A stretch of DNA of 54,314 nt from contig NC_068984.1 of NCBI RefSeq assembly GCF_001194135.2, positions 135,895,132 to 135,949,445 of the forward strand, given 5' to 3'. The stretch comes from Octopus bimaculoides (lineage: Eukaryota). Positions 22,255 through 34,065 of the stretch are shown here, piece after piece (positions within the stretch are counted from its first letter, which is position 1; each line of letters opens with the position of its first letter). The notes under the pieces are model-generated. The model was not told where the DNA came from. It saw nothing but the letters and a program-made list of their open reading frames with translations, and ran no database searches. The translations under genes and the position numbers were made by a program.

Positions 22255-22880
22255 TAATTAGTTGTAATTTAAGCAAGGAGCTGGCAATTATGAGAAAAAA
22301 TGGTTTGTGGCTAACATTTACCCTGATACTTGCCTGATACCTTATTTTATCGCCCCTGGAAGGATGAATGACCAAGAGGACCACGTTGGTAATCAAACTC
22401 AGAATGTAAGAGGCAAAGTATTTATTTTATTACAAGAAGACAATGTGTCCGACACTGAATGGATACTAAGAACTCTTCATAAAATAATATCAATAACAGC
22501 AACAACAATAATAATCATTTCTGCTATTATCGGAAGACCTGACAGATGGTGGAAGGGGCTAGTCGATTAAATCCAACCCTGTGCTCAAATCTTGCTTATA
22601 TCATCGGGCCCGAAATGTTAAAAGTAAGTTCGACCTCGTCGGAATGTGAACTTAGAACATAAAGACGGATGCCGCTAAATAGTTTACCCAGTCTGCTAAT
22701 GACCGTGCCAGATTGTCAGCTTAATAATAATAACCCTCTCTAACAAAGGCACAAGGACTGAAATTTTGGAGGGAGGAGACTAGTCAATTACATCGACCAC
22801 ATTGTTTCATTGGTAGGTAATTTATCGACCCCCAAAAGGATGAAAAGCAAAGTCAACTTCGGCGGAATTTGAACGTTGTG
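22255..22880 (-). mobile_element. Three tandem degenerate SINE family B copies (about 22255-22420, 22530-22720, 22735-22880)
   Basis: Each carries the reverse-complement core, e.g. atttatcgacccccaaaaggatgaaaagcaaagtcaacttcggcggaatttgaac in the last copy, and they are separated by AAT/AAC spacers. Confidence 0.8.
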
Positions 22881-24965
22881 CACTTCAAAACGGATATATT
22901 AAACGTAGAATAGCGTGAGATGTAATATTTTTGTCTCAGAGAAACTTCTTTTAAGAGGCTGTGTTTATTAAAAACAATTCTTTCCAAATTACTTGAGCAA
23001 ATCTTCAGACAGCCATGCTTTGGCTTAGCCGCTCCATAGTGACTGACACCCCAGCAATTCTGAGTTTCAGTACAGAAGTCAGGGAATATAACATAGTCTT
23101 CATTGGAATTGAGTGTGACAATGAAAATGTCAATCCGTTTCCTTTGCGACTGGTACTTTCTTTCATTGTCCCTGGAATAATAAACGACAAAATTGACCAC
23201 GTTAGTTATAGAACGCAGAGTGTAAGAAGCAACATAATATTTTACAAGAAAACAGTTCGTCTGATTCTAAATGACACTAAGAGTTCTTCATAAGATGATA
23301 TTAATAGCAGCAACAACAATCAAGCAACAGCAATAATAATCATTTCTACTATAAGCAGAAAAGCTAAAATTTCATGAGACATCTAATCCCGTATTGCAAA
23401 CCACAAAGGAAACTTTTCATCATATTATGGTCTCAAGTATAAGCATGAGGTCACATATTTTAACGAAAGTAAGAGAACATTGGGTTGTGCTCAGTATTAG
23501 ACAGTTATTCATTCCATCAACAACGATAGAATTATCAATTTGACCCCGGTGCAATACCAAGAACGGAAAGAAACGTAATGAAATACTGCAAAGCCCATTG
23601 TCTGTCTCCATCCCATCCTAAGAGCCACTTGACGTTACCTAACAGCAGGGTCTACAAAGATCCTATAGATTCTGTAAGGAGGCCACACAACACGGACAAT
23701 ACGTGGTTTTATTTTACATTAACCTAAGTGTACTTAAAGAGACATTGTCATCTCATGGAGACAATAACGAGCTTGACTTTCATCTCTTAACATCGGCTCT
23801 TTATCTAACGCTCTATGGATTGTATCAATGCCATACCATATTAAAATAATGACATGGTCAATGCCGTATCATACTGCGATGAATAACGTACATTGTATGT
23901 TCGGAATAAATACAAGTGGAGTAAACAAAGCCGTTTGGGTACAGGATACTTTAATTGCAATATAAGAAGCCTAACCCACAACAGTATATACCTTTAATAT
24001 ACTAAGGATATTGCCGAGTTTTATTTTTATCTAACTATCTAACATTAAAAGCTGATAAGAATACATTAGTTCATTCATATATCCAATTTAAAGTACAAAG
24101 ATTCAAGGAATGGTTTGGACATAACACATTATTGATAATAATTTAGTTAGGAAAGAAGCAAATTTCATTGAACGTAATAACATTCCTTACTTATTCAGAA
24201 GTCGGTTTTCAACGAAACTTCTCTCTATTATTTATTTTTCCTATCGGATATCTTCAAAGAAGATCTAAGCACTAGAAGACCACAAACTAACGCAACATGA
24301 TGATATCATTTCTTCCGCGCCATACGAATAATATTTTGATCAAAAAACCAAATCTATATCATGTTTTAGATATTTTTTAATAAACTTAGATGCAAAGATT
24401 AGAATTTTGTAGTCATATTTTCTCCCAAAGTTTGGCTATTCGAAACAGAATATTTTGAAACTGCACATTCAGATATATTAATTACCACGCAACCATACTA
24501 TACACATAGATATTCATATGTGTGAATGGAAACTGTGTTTGTGACTCTTTGTATTTGTGGCTGTTCGCGTGCATTCATGTAACCACGTTTGCGTAATGAC
24601 TATTTGTATCGTATAATAGGTGAACATTCACCAATATGGTATTTAAGTTGTGTACCTTCTAAGTTCCTCCTGGGCGTTCTGATAATTTGCCAAACCTTTC
24701 ACCTAGACATCACTTCATTCCTCTTACATTTAAAACAAAATATCACCGCAACAAATATTATTTCCGACAAAAGACTTGCATTACTTTCTTTGCTTACGAT
24801 TCTATCCCGTAAGTAAAATGCGAGACTTTTCAGCATGTTCACATCGCTGCTATGTGTGAAACATTCAACAATACTTCCGGTACAACAAGCCGCCCACTTT
24901 TAGTAATATTTCCTGCATGCTTCACCACCAAATACTTATATTCGCATGCTTGAAAATGTGGTAGT

Positions 24966-25845
24966 CGGAGTTTCTTATGAATTTCATCCATTTGCTGACA
25001 GTGCTTCTCCGCTGTAATGGTTTGGCCTGGATCGAAAAAGCTGTGATGGATGAGACCGGCCGCAGCCCAACAATCACCATGATCTTCTTTTGGTGCAACT
25101 TTGGCTTCCGGAAGTGGGGTCAGACTTCCTAAGCGTCCGACCACTGAGCTGAGCGTCGCCGGTTGTCAAAAAGAATCCACATTTCATCGCAAGTCACAAT
25201 CCGGTCGAGAAATGGGTCGTTCTTGTTGCATAAAAGAAGGGAAGATGACACTTCAAAACAGCGTTTTTTTATTTTTTTTATTTTTTTGCGTTGTCGTTCA
25301 CTTCGTGTGGCACCTATTTCTCAAGTAGTTTTGTTTTTCCAATCTCTTTCAAGTGGTTGGAAATCGTCGTATACGTTACGTCTAATTCAGAAGTAAGCTA
25401 TCGAACAATTGTGCGTGGATTGGCTTCGACTAAGGCTTTTAGTTGATCGTTGTCAACATCCGATAGCCGACCACTACGCTTATCATCTTCAAGACTCTCG
25501 TCACCGCTACGAAATTTCTTGAACCACCATTATGCTGTACGTCCATTAGTGGTTCCTCAATCAAACGCATCGTTGATATCGGGAGCTGTTTCAACAGCTT
25601 TTCGGCCTAGCTTGAACTGGAATAAGAAAATTGTGCGAATTTGTTTTTTGCCCATGTTGTATTCAACGTTCTGGAAAAAATATCGTAATTATTCAAAAAA
25701 AGAAAAACAGTAACACTATTAGATAGAGCGAAAAACGGGCTGTAAAATAATATATAAAGTCAAAGTAATTTAACGAAAATTAATTTGAAAATACATCATT
25801 AAAAACAAAATTAAAAATTCCGCAAGAACTTTCTTGGCAACCTAA
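24966..25845 (-). mobile_element. Dead mariner element, Hsmar1/SETMAR-like (cecropia subfamily) transposase, 3'-truncated
   Basis: ATG at 25655: MGKKQIRTIFLFQFKLGRKAVETAPDINDAFD*GTTNGRTA*WWFKKFRSGDESLEDDKRSGRLSDVDNDQLKALVEANPRT...IGKTKLLEK*VPHEV...PFLDRIVTCDEMWILFDNRRRSAQW...AAGLIHHSFFDPGQTITAEKHCQQMDEIHKKLR. The TIR TTAGGTTGCCAAGAAAGTTCTTGCGGAATTTT (about 25814-25845) resembles the Hsmar1 TIR. The second and third catalytic Asp and the 3' TIR are absent. Confidence 0.93.
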
Positions 25846-26427
25846 AAGTATCCTAATTCTTTCATTAGGACCGCCTCTTTTTTATGGATAACATATTTTT
25901 GCTATGTTATTTCTTTTTCTCTCGTTTAATCTCTCTCTTACTATTATTCCTTGCTTTCATATAATGGTGGTATGATACGCTATTAATAGTATTCTTACTT
26001 ACCTGTATATTAACAAGATGAAGTCTGATTTTTATGCCACCATCCATCATACTCTTAGCAATAAAGCTGGCATAAAAGGGATCTTAAGTAGATATACTTA
26101 TAAATCAATGTGAATTTTATCTTTCGCCTTTAACACTGTAACTCTATTCGAATTGTATCTTAAGATAAAAGGAACAACCTCTTTCTTAATTGAGGAACGG
26201 ATACCTTCTGCTCTTCTCCCCATCCCCTACCATGCCGACTAATCCCTTCAAGACCATAAACCATAAATATACCCCTCCCATATATGTCGTGGCGATGACC
26301 CCTCTTACTAAATCTTTTGAATGTGTTTCGTTTTAATTTAGAAAACTCATTTCCACGAAAAACGTTGATCGTGGAATCATTTAATAAGCCGAAGATTTTA
26401 ATTCTTTTCAAGTGTTCTTAATTGTAT

Positions 26428-26517
26428 AGTTCGTGTCGTCATCTGATGCACCGCTGGAGTACCGCCTTTAGTCGAGGAAATCCACCCCGGGACTTATTAT
26501 TTGCAAGCCTAGGACTA
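26428..26517 (-). mobile_element. SINE family A 3' fragment followed by (TA)n
   Basis: gctggagtaccgcctttagtcgaggaaatccaccccgggacttattatttgcaagcctag. Confidence 0.85.
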
Positions 26518-26533
26518 TATATATATATATATA

Positions 26534-26582
<49 letters not shown>

Positions 26583-27299
26583 TATATATATACTTACATA
26601 AATGTATAACATATATATTTGTATACAGCATACAGACAAACACGAATTTATATACAAGTATAAATTCACGTGTGTTTACGCATAGTGATTGACTAGTACA
26701 TATCTAAATGCTACTCAGGTATATTATACCCGCTTACTACCAGCCCCGAAGTATTAATACGTGTAACTTTTGTCTCTTACATGCAAATACTAATAATTCA
26801 CTTTCCTATACATCGCGCCTACAAAAGCTATATTCCTTTTGAGCGAAATACGAACACGCGCGCTTTTCCGTTTTCGTGTTATGTTTCAATGTTTGCATAT
26901 GTGTGTGTGTATGTGTGTATGTGTGTGAGTGTGTGTAAGTGTGTATGCGTGTAATTTTCATCCAGGAATCACTATTAATATTTGTTTTTATTTCTTTAAT
27001 ATTCGGTTAATGTTTTTTTTGTTTCTGTTTTCGTTCTAATTTCCATCCGTGATGTTAAACCGTTTGTCAGGAATAGTTGTAATCATGTTTATGATCGTTA
27101 AAATGCACACAAATATACGCGTGCGTGGTCACGTTTGTGCACGCTTTTACATGTGGAGTTGTGCGAACATGTATCGCTATATACACACGCAGTGGTACAC
27201 AAAGAAGCATGTGAGTGCATGTTGCATGTTCGCTCTTTTGTAACATCGTAATCTATCACATTATTTATTAATATATCTACCTATCTATCGCTTCATTTC

Positions 27300-27450
27300 T
27301 ATCAGAGGGGGTTAAATCGATTACATCGATCCCAGTTTTCAACTGGTACTTAATTTACCGACCTCGAGAGGGTAAAAGACAAAGTCAACCTTGGCGGAGT
27401 TTGAACTCAGAATGCAAAGACCGACGAAATACTGCTAAACATCTCGCCCG
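27300..27450 (-). mobile_element. SINE family B
   Basis: ggttaaatcgattacatcgatcccagttttcaactggtacttaatttaccgacc...caaagtcaaccttggcggagtttgaactcagaatgcaaagaccgacgaaatactgctaaacatctcgcccg. Confidence 0.9.
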
Positions 27451-27493
27451 ATAATAATAATAATAATTATAATAATAATTATTATTATTATTA

Positions 27494-27581
<88 letters not shown>

Positions 27582-27602
27582 TATAAAAATAATCATAATA
27601 AT
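27451..27602. repeat. (ATT)n microsatellite
   Basis: Directly visible. Confidence 0.95.
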
Positions 27603-27604
27603 GA

Positions 27605-27790
27605 TATTTTTGGCACAAAGCCTGCGATTTTAGAGCAGGGGGTTAATGCTCTCTGATTTAGCCAGAGGGGCAGTAATATTAATGGGGAGACGTTGATTGA
27701 TTACATCGACTCTAAAAGGATAAAAAGCACTCTGCAACCCTTGGAATTTAGTAACTAAATAGATGGAAGAACAAATGCAAAGCACTTTTC
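27605..27790 (-). mobile_element. Degenerate SINE family B
   Basis: ttggcacaaagcctgcgatttt...gattgattacatcgactctaaaaggataaaaagca. Confidence 0.55.
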
Positions 27791-27977
27791 ACTGTCTGCC
27801 GCTGTAGCTATTCAGGTATTAGCGGATAATGATCCTCATGGAGATGTTGATGACGATGCTGAAGACCTGTTACCAGTGTGTCAATATTAACATGTAACAA
27901 GAAAGCCGATGTAGACTCGTATTTACATAACTGGATTATACTATGCCTTGTCAGCATAGTACATTCTCTATGCCCGG

Positions 27978-28017
<40 letters not shown>

Positions 28018-28034
28018 GTATGTATGTACGTATA

Positions 28035-28072
<38 letters not shown>

Positions 28073-28921
28073 GCCATCACTAGAGTTCATATGATTTGTT
28101 TTCTTTTAAATTAGAAAAATAATAATGAATATGAAGTGAGATATTATACGCGATTCAGCCACAATAATGTCGTTCCTTAATACTTCTAGTGACATTTCGG
28201 TTAGGTTTATGTTCATTACAAACAAAGCGTAATGCTATTTTTCTTAACAGTAAGTTATTTAATGGTAAATTATTCCATGATCTCCATGTGCCTGTTCTTT
28301 CATCATTACTCGGTATATTTCCAGTACATTTTATTTGCTCGACACTTCGCCCCGTATTTAGAATATCTGCAATAATATTTATCATGCAAAGCCAAAGTTT
28401 ACACTGACAGTTATGCCTTTTTGAAATCGTTTCTGCTTTTATATTTCCACTCTGTCACTGCTGACGGTTTACATTAAGTATCAATAAAGCGAATATTTCG
28501 TATATCTCTTTCTGTTTAGCTCAACTCTATCTTTTTAACGCAACGTCTAATAGTATGAAAAATACTTCAAAGGAATTAACTTCCATAGGCACCCCATTAA
28601 CGGAGTCGTAACGGCTGTTGCTTCTGTTGAGCTTCACCTTTGTCAAAGCTGAAACTTGCAAGTGCTTTGCTTTCCATCGCCTTTTTTTTGTTTGTTTCCT
28701 TCTTTTATTTATTTACTTTTTTCATTTCCTGTATAAAGAGATTTTATACTCTCTAATTGAGGTTGTTGCGCAGTTTATCGCATCAAAGGTAATAAAGCAT
28801 ACGCAACTATGCATGCTGCATTGTAGACACACATGCAATGTTTGCAATATGAGTCAAGCGTTTACTTTGAAGCAATAAAATTAAGGAGGTTTCTGAAATG
28901 GAGTTTCTTTCCCCTTTACTC

Positions 28922-28963
<42 letters not shown>

Positions 28964-30797
28964 AAATTTTATTGATATTATTTTCATCAAATATGGATAT
29001 ATAATTGTATATGTATATAAACACAAAGAAGATAATGTAAATGTTTTTGTGTGTGCATGTGTGTGTGTGTGTGCGTGATTGTGTATACAGGAACATGTAT
29101 ATATGTATATATCCTTTTACGTATATATGCACATGTACATGCAGAAAAACTTACACACGCACACACACACACATCGAAGCACATAATTAGAGGTGTGTGT
29201 ACACACTCGCACGCACATGCACACATAGATATTAAGGTATGTGCCCACCCACACCTGTTTGTGAATATACGTGCGAGTACGCTTGTGTGTGTGTGTGTGT
29301 GTGTTTGTTTGTTTGTGTTTTTGGTTGTGTTTTTGTTTGTGTTTGTTTGTATGCTTGATACGTTTATTGTGCATCTGTCTCTGGTCGGGCACATGTTTGC
29401 TTATACGCAGATTTAAATGTATGTATAATTGACTGTACAAGATCTATGTCATGAATATTGATGTAGTTGTACATACATTCATAAATGCATATACTTGCAC
29501 GTTTCTACGAGCATATAATGTGTATAAAATATGTATACGTACAATTTTCATTCGTTAGACTTACAAATGTATTCATAGATTTTTTTTAGTAAGTAGCATG
29601 TATAGCCTAAATTATTTGTCCATGAATGACATATTGCTCATACGCAACATGCATATATGCATATAAGTTGTCCTACTGGGTTGGATATTAGGATCATATT
29701 TGACAGATCGTTGGTTCAATTCTTAATGGAGCAGCGAATTGTGCCCTTGAATAATACAATTCATTTCATGTTGCTCCCATCAGCTGTATTTTTACTAGTA
29801 AAATGTGGTTCAGCCTCTCTTCCACACGTTATAACGTCGTGGATATTTTTCTAAGATAAGAATGGGAGCACGTAAGGTTCTCCATATCTGCTCGTGTATG
29901 CAGAAGCCTATACGCACTTCTATCAGTGTGAGCCATTATACACAGAATTAGTGGTTAAACTATGAAAGGAAATTTAACTGAGAAATTCAAACCTATATGA
30001 CATTTCAATTTATGTATGTTACTGGCCCAGCATGTAAGGATAAATAATCACTTCTGTCTATTTTGCTGTAATTACCAGGACACTAGATTTGGTGGCAGAG
30101 CTATTTTGGCTGATAATACTCATAGTTTGATCCTGTCTCCACCAAGTTGAATACTCATAACTTTATTCTTGTAGAACTTCATAGCATGAGATTGATACCA
30201 TGGCATTCCTCGAGTTGAGGTCTATCGATTTAACTTAATTAAAATATAGTTTGTTTTTTAAATTAAAAAAATGATTATACTTTAATCCAACTTTTTGCGT
30301 TACTTATAAATTTTTTCATGATGTTCTACCTCACAACATTTTCATACAAATTTTTGTTGCATGGGAACAAATCTATAAAATTCTTCATGCTTTCTTCTAT
30401 CACTGAAGCTAAGATAAATATATTTTGCGTTTAGAATAAAAAGGTTATTTAGATTTAATCTTCATTCGAGGCGTTACTTACTCTCCTACAACATTGCTAC
30501 AAATTTTGATGCAAACGTTTGTGTACTGGATCAAATTTTAATTTGAATATGCCAAGATGTAGCTAGGGACCAGTCCTCTTCAGAAATGTTAACAGTTTTC
30601 AATTTGGTTAAGAACTGAATTAGCGACAAGTTCTGAAATGTGCTGCGTGTGAGTAAATTGTGGCCTTAAGGATATTATTCAACTACTACCGTACTTGAAT
30701 GATGATAACTTTAAATCAATTCCTGCATTATTCAGTTCCGTAGAATATCTCTATGACTTTATTTCTCAGTTTGTCCTTACCTATAATTCTCTCTACG

Positions 30798-30857
<60 letters not shown>

Positions 30858-33741
30858 TCTTTCTATCTCTCTCTCTCTTTCTGTCTGCCTGTCTGTCTAT
30901 CTCTTCCAGATTATTTTTGCGTTGAATTATTATTAATCATAAGGCAAGATTTTATTATCCACAGAAAGTTTCTGGGCGTCAGTGACTTTAAAATACGATT
31001 TGCCTATATGTTTCACATGAAATAAGGATTAATGCACCCACAAAAAAAAAAAAAAGAAAATCCAAATTCCCTGCATTTCAATGGGAACAAACAAGTTATC
31101 AATGCCATGGGAAATCTCAAAGCAACTATTATGTTAATCATTTCCATAGGCACTTAAAGAAATACTTAGTGGAGTAAACATTAATAAAAGGAAGCACGGT
31201 AGATATACTTTGTTCTACGTAGCGTAATAAAAAATACCTTTGATACTCTATATGTTTCTTTCTATATATATATAAGTCTCCTCCTCCCTCTCTCTTACAC
31301 ATTCTGTCTCTAACACTGTCTCTGCACCTTTTTCTATTGATCTGCGTTTTGCTATATTATAGTTTCTGTATTTGCATAATATATTGCAAAAACCAACTGC
31401 TGAAAGAACTTATTATATTCAATAGGCTCCAGTAGTAGCTTGGCACATAGGTTATTGGGCCTTAAATCTGGAATGCTCACGTTATTTGACTGTAAAACCA
31501 TACAGAAGGTGACTAAAACCTGCGAAATATTTTATTCCAGCATCGAACATTTAGGATCACGCTGCACATCCATTTACAATGTCACACTGGTTTCATTTTG
31601 GTTAAGACAACACATTTGCTATTTTTATGCAGCGGAAAGTAATGGGTGGATAAAATATAATTATTGTCATCGTATTTTTTCGAGAAATATAAAGTCGGAA
31701 CACACATTATTTCCCCCCAAAATTTAACAGTTTCAACAAAAGATGTTACAGTCATTTGCAAAACTAAATCTCTATGAAGTTCACCTCTAATATATGAAAG
31801 GATAATGAAAATAATTGCAAACAACAAAATCTTTCATACATTTGACTCATTTCTCAATCACTACCAATATTTTTTTTAGTATGTCGTGATTGAACTGGCG
31901 TTTCTTTTCTTCCAGGTCAGGTATCACGTGATTCAAGTGAGGGAATCAATTGTGGCACCAACCAAAGCGAGATTAATTGTAAGGTGCATTGGTGATTGAT
32001 AGATATATCGCGTTACTTACGCTGCTAAATCTGTCGGGAATGAAATGAAAGTTTCAACTTCACAATTGCCTTTCCAGCATACTAAAAGTACATCGTGTTT
32101 AATCAACTCTTACCGTGCGCTTGTACTGAAAATGGAACAAATGTATGTAACTGTAAACGTTTGTATGGCGTGACAAGAGATAGTGGAATAAAATGTAATT
32201 TAAAGTACGAAACATTGCAATCAAATTCTCTCACAATGCTTTGATGTATTTCAAGCAGAATGTAGAACAATATGGTATGTTCTCACCAGAATTACTCTGA
32301 AGATGTACTAGTTCACGCAGGGCGTTCGTGGTCTAAAGGACAACGGTAAATTCTCGATTCAGCCTGAGAATTTATATTGACCTGAACAGGAGTAAACCGA
32401 AATATATAACCACTAATTAAGTAATCTGATGATAATAAAGAAATATCTAGGTATTTCTTACAGCTGTTTCGCAATTAGAGATATTCATTAATTCATAATT
32501 TTATTAGAATCTATGAATGTAAACTGTAAACGTTTATACCTTTACTAGATGCACTCGAATTAAATTTGAAAATTGGATACAATGTCACAATGGACATTGT
32601 CACACTCTTGAACATTATTTTCCTGTTCAACCAGAACTACTGAAAATGATGCTGGTGTTGACGATGATTAAGTATGTAACAGAATCAAATATCACGTATT
32701 TTCGACGATAATAAACACGTATAAAATTGTTTCTCCGATACTTATAGTAACAGAACTGTTAGGTGGATATAATTGCCGCATAATTTTATATTTTGTATAT
32801 GACAAATCATCGTTATTCTTTGTACATCAATGTATCAATATATATATATATATATATATANNNNNNNNNNNNNNNNNNNNNNNNNNNNNNNNNNNNNNNN
32901 NNNNNNNNNNNNNNNNNNNNNNNNNNNNNNNNNNNNNNNNNNNNNNNNNNNNNNNNNNNNNNNNNNNNNNNNNNNNNNNNNNNNNNNNNNNNNNNNNNNN
33001 NNNNNNNNNNNNNNNNNNNNNNNNNNNNNNNNNNNNNNNNNNNNNNNNNNNNNNNNNNNNNNNNNNNNNNNNNNNNNNNNNNNNNNNNNNNNNNNNNNNN
33101 NNNNNNNNNNNNNNNNNNNNNNNNNNNNNNNNNNNNNNNNNNNNNNNNNNNNNNNNNNNNNNNNNNNNNNNNNNNNNNNNNNNNNNNNNNNNNNNNNNNN
33201 NNNNNNNNNNNNNNNNNNNNNNNNNNNNNNNNNNNNNNNNNNNNNNNNNNNNNNNNNNNNNNNNNNNNNNNNNNNNNNNNNNNNNNNNNNNNNNNNNNNN
33301 NNNNNNNNNNNNNNNNNNNNNNNNNNNNNNNNNNNNNNNNNNNNNNNNNNNNNNNNNNNNNNNNNNNNNNNNNNNNNNNNNNNNNNNNNNNNNNNNNNNN
33401 NNNNNNNNNNNNNNNNNNNNNNNNNNNNNNNNNNNNNNNNNNNNNNNNNNNNNNNNNNNNNNNNNNNNNNNNNNNNNNNNNNNNNNNNNNNNNNNNNNNN
33501 NNNNNNNNNNNNNNNNNNNNNNNNNNNNNNNNNNNNNNNNNNNNNNNNNNNNNNNNNNNNNNNNNNNNNNNNNNNNNNNNNNNNNNNNNNNNNNNNNNNN
33601 NNNNNNNNNNNNNNNNNNNNNNNNNNNNNNNNNNNNNNNNNNNNNNNNNNNNNNNNNNNNNNNNNNNNNNNNNNNNNNNNNNNNNNNNNNNTATATATAT
33701 ATATATATCAAACATAAATTGAAAACAGAACACAGAACATA

Positions 33742-33842
33742 TCGCGATACACGTGTTTCAAGCTTTATAAACGATCTCTTATTACATCAGCATAGGTACA
33801 TCATTGATATAAAGGATGGTTTAAAGCTCTCTTCAGCCGCAA
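33742..33842 (-). ncRNA. Putative type I hammerhead ribozyme (left, minus strand)
   Basis: Stem I uugcgg/ucgcga, core CUGAAGA (33836-33830), stem II gagcuuua/uaaagcuu, GAAA (33759-33756), palindromic stem III ACACGUGU (33756-33749), predicted cleavage after GUA (A at 33748). Confidence 0.7.
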
Positions 33843-33962
33843 ACAATTGTTAGTCCAAAGATTGCATCACAAAAGAAAATGTACACTTAGTATTACCCAT
33901 TATAATAGGTTTAACACATCTCTTTAAAAAGGTATGTTTGTATAAGAATATACTAACAATTC

Positions 33963-34065
33963 ATTGCGGCTGAAGAGAGCTTTAAACAATCTTTTATATC
34001 AATAATATACCTATGCTGATGTAATAACAAGTTTTTTATAAAGCTTGAAACACTTGTACCGCGAT
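33963..34065 (+). ncRNA. Putative type I hammerhead ribozyme (right, plus strand)
   Basis: Stem I auugcgg (33963-33969)/ccgcgau (34059-34065), CUGAAGA (33970-33976), stem II gagcuuua (33977-33984)/uaaagcuu (34039-34046), GAAA (34047-34050), stem III ACA-cu-UGU, predicted cleavage after GUA (A34058). Confidence 0.75.

Noticed and set aside
24839-25655. Functional SETMAR gene
   Set aside because: There is no SET domain, there are multiple stops and a frameshift, and the catalytic C-terminus is missing.
27810-27890. Possible exon VLADNDPHGDVDDDAEDLLPVCQY*
   Set aside because: Weak acceptor, short, no recognisable homology.
30558-30583. Minus-strand CTGAAGA-ggac-tg-gtcc as a hammerhead
   Set aside because: The mandatory GAAA after stem II is absent and stem I does not pair.
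32318-32375. tRNA-like gggcgttcgtggtctaaagg
   Set aside because: Only an A-box-like start; there is no convincing B-box or cloverleaf.
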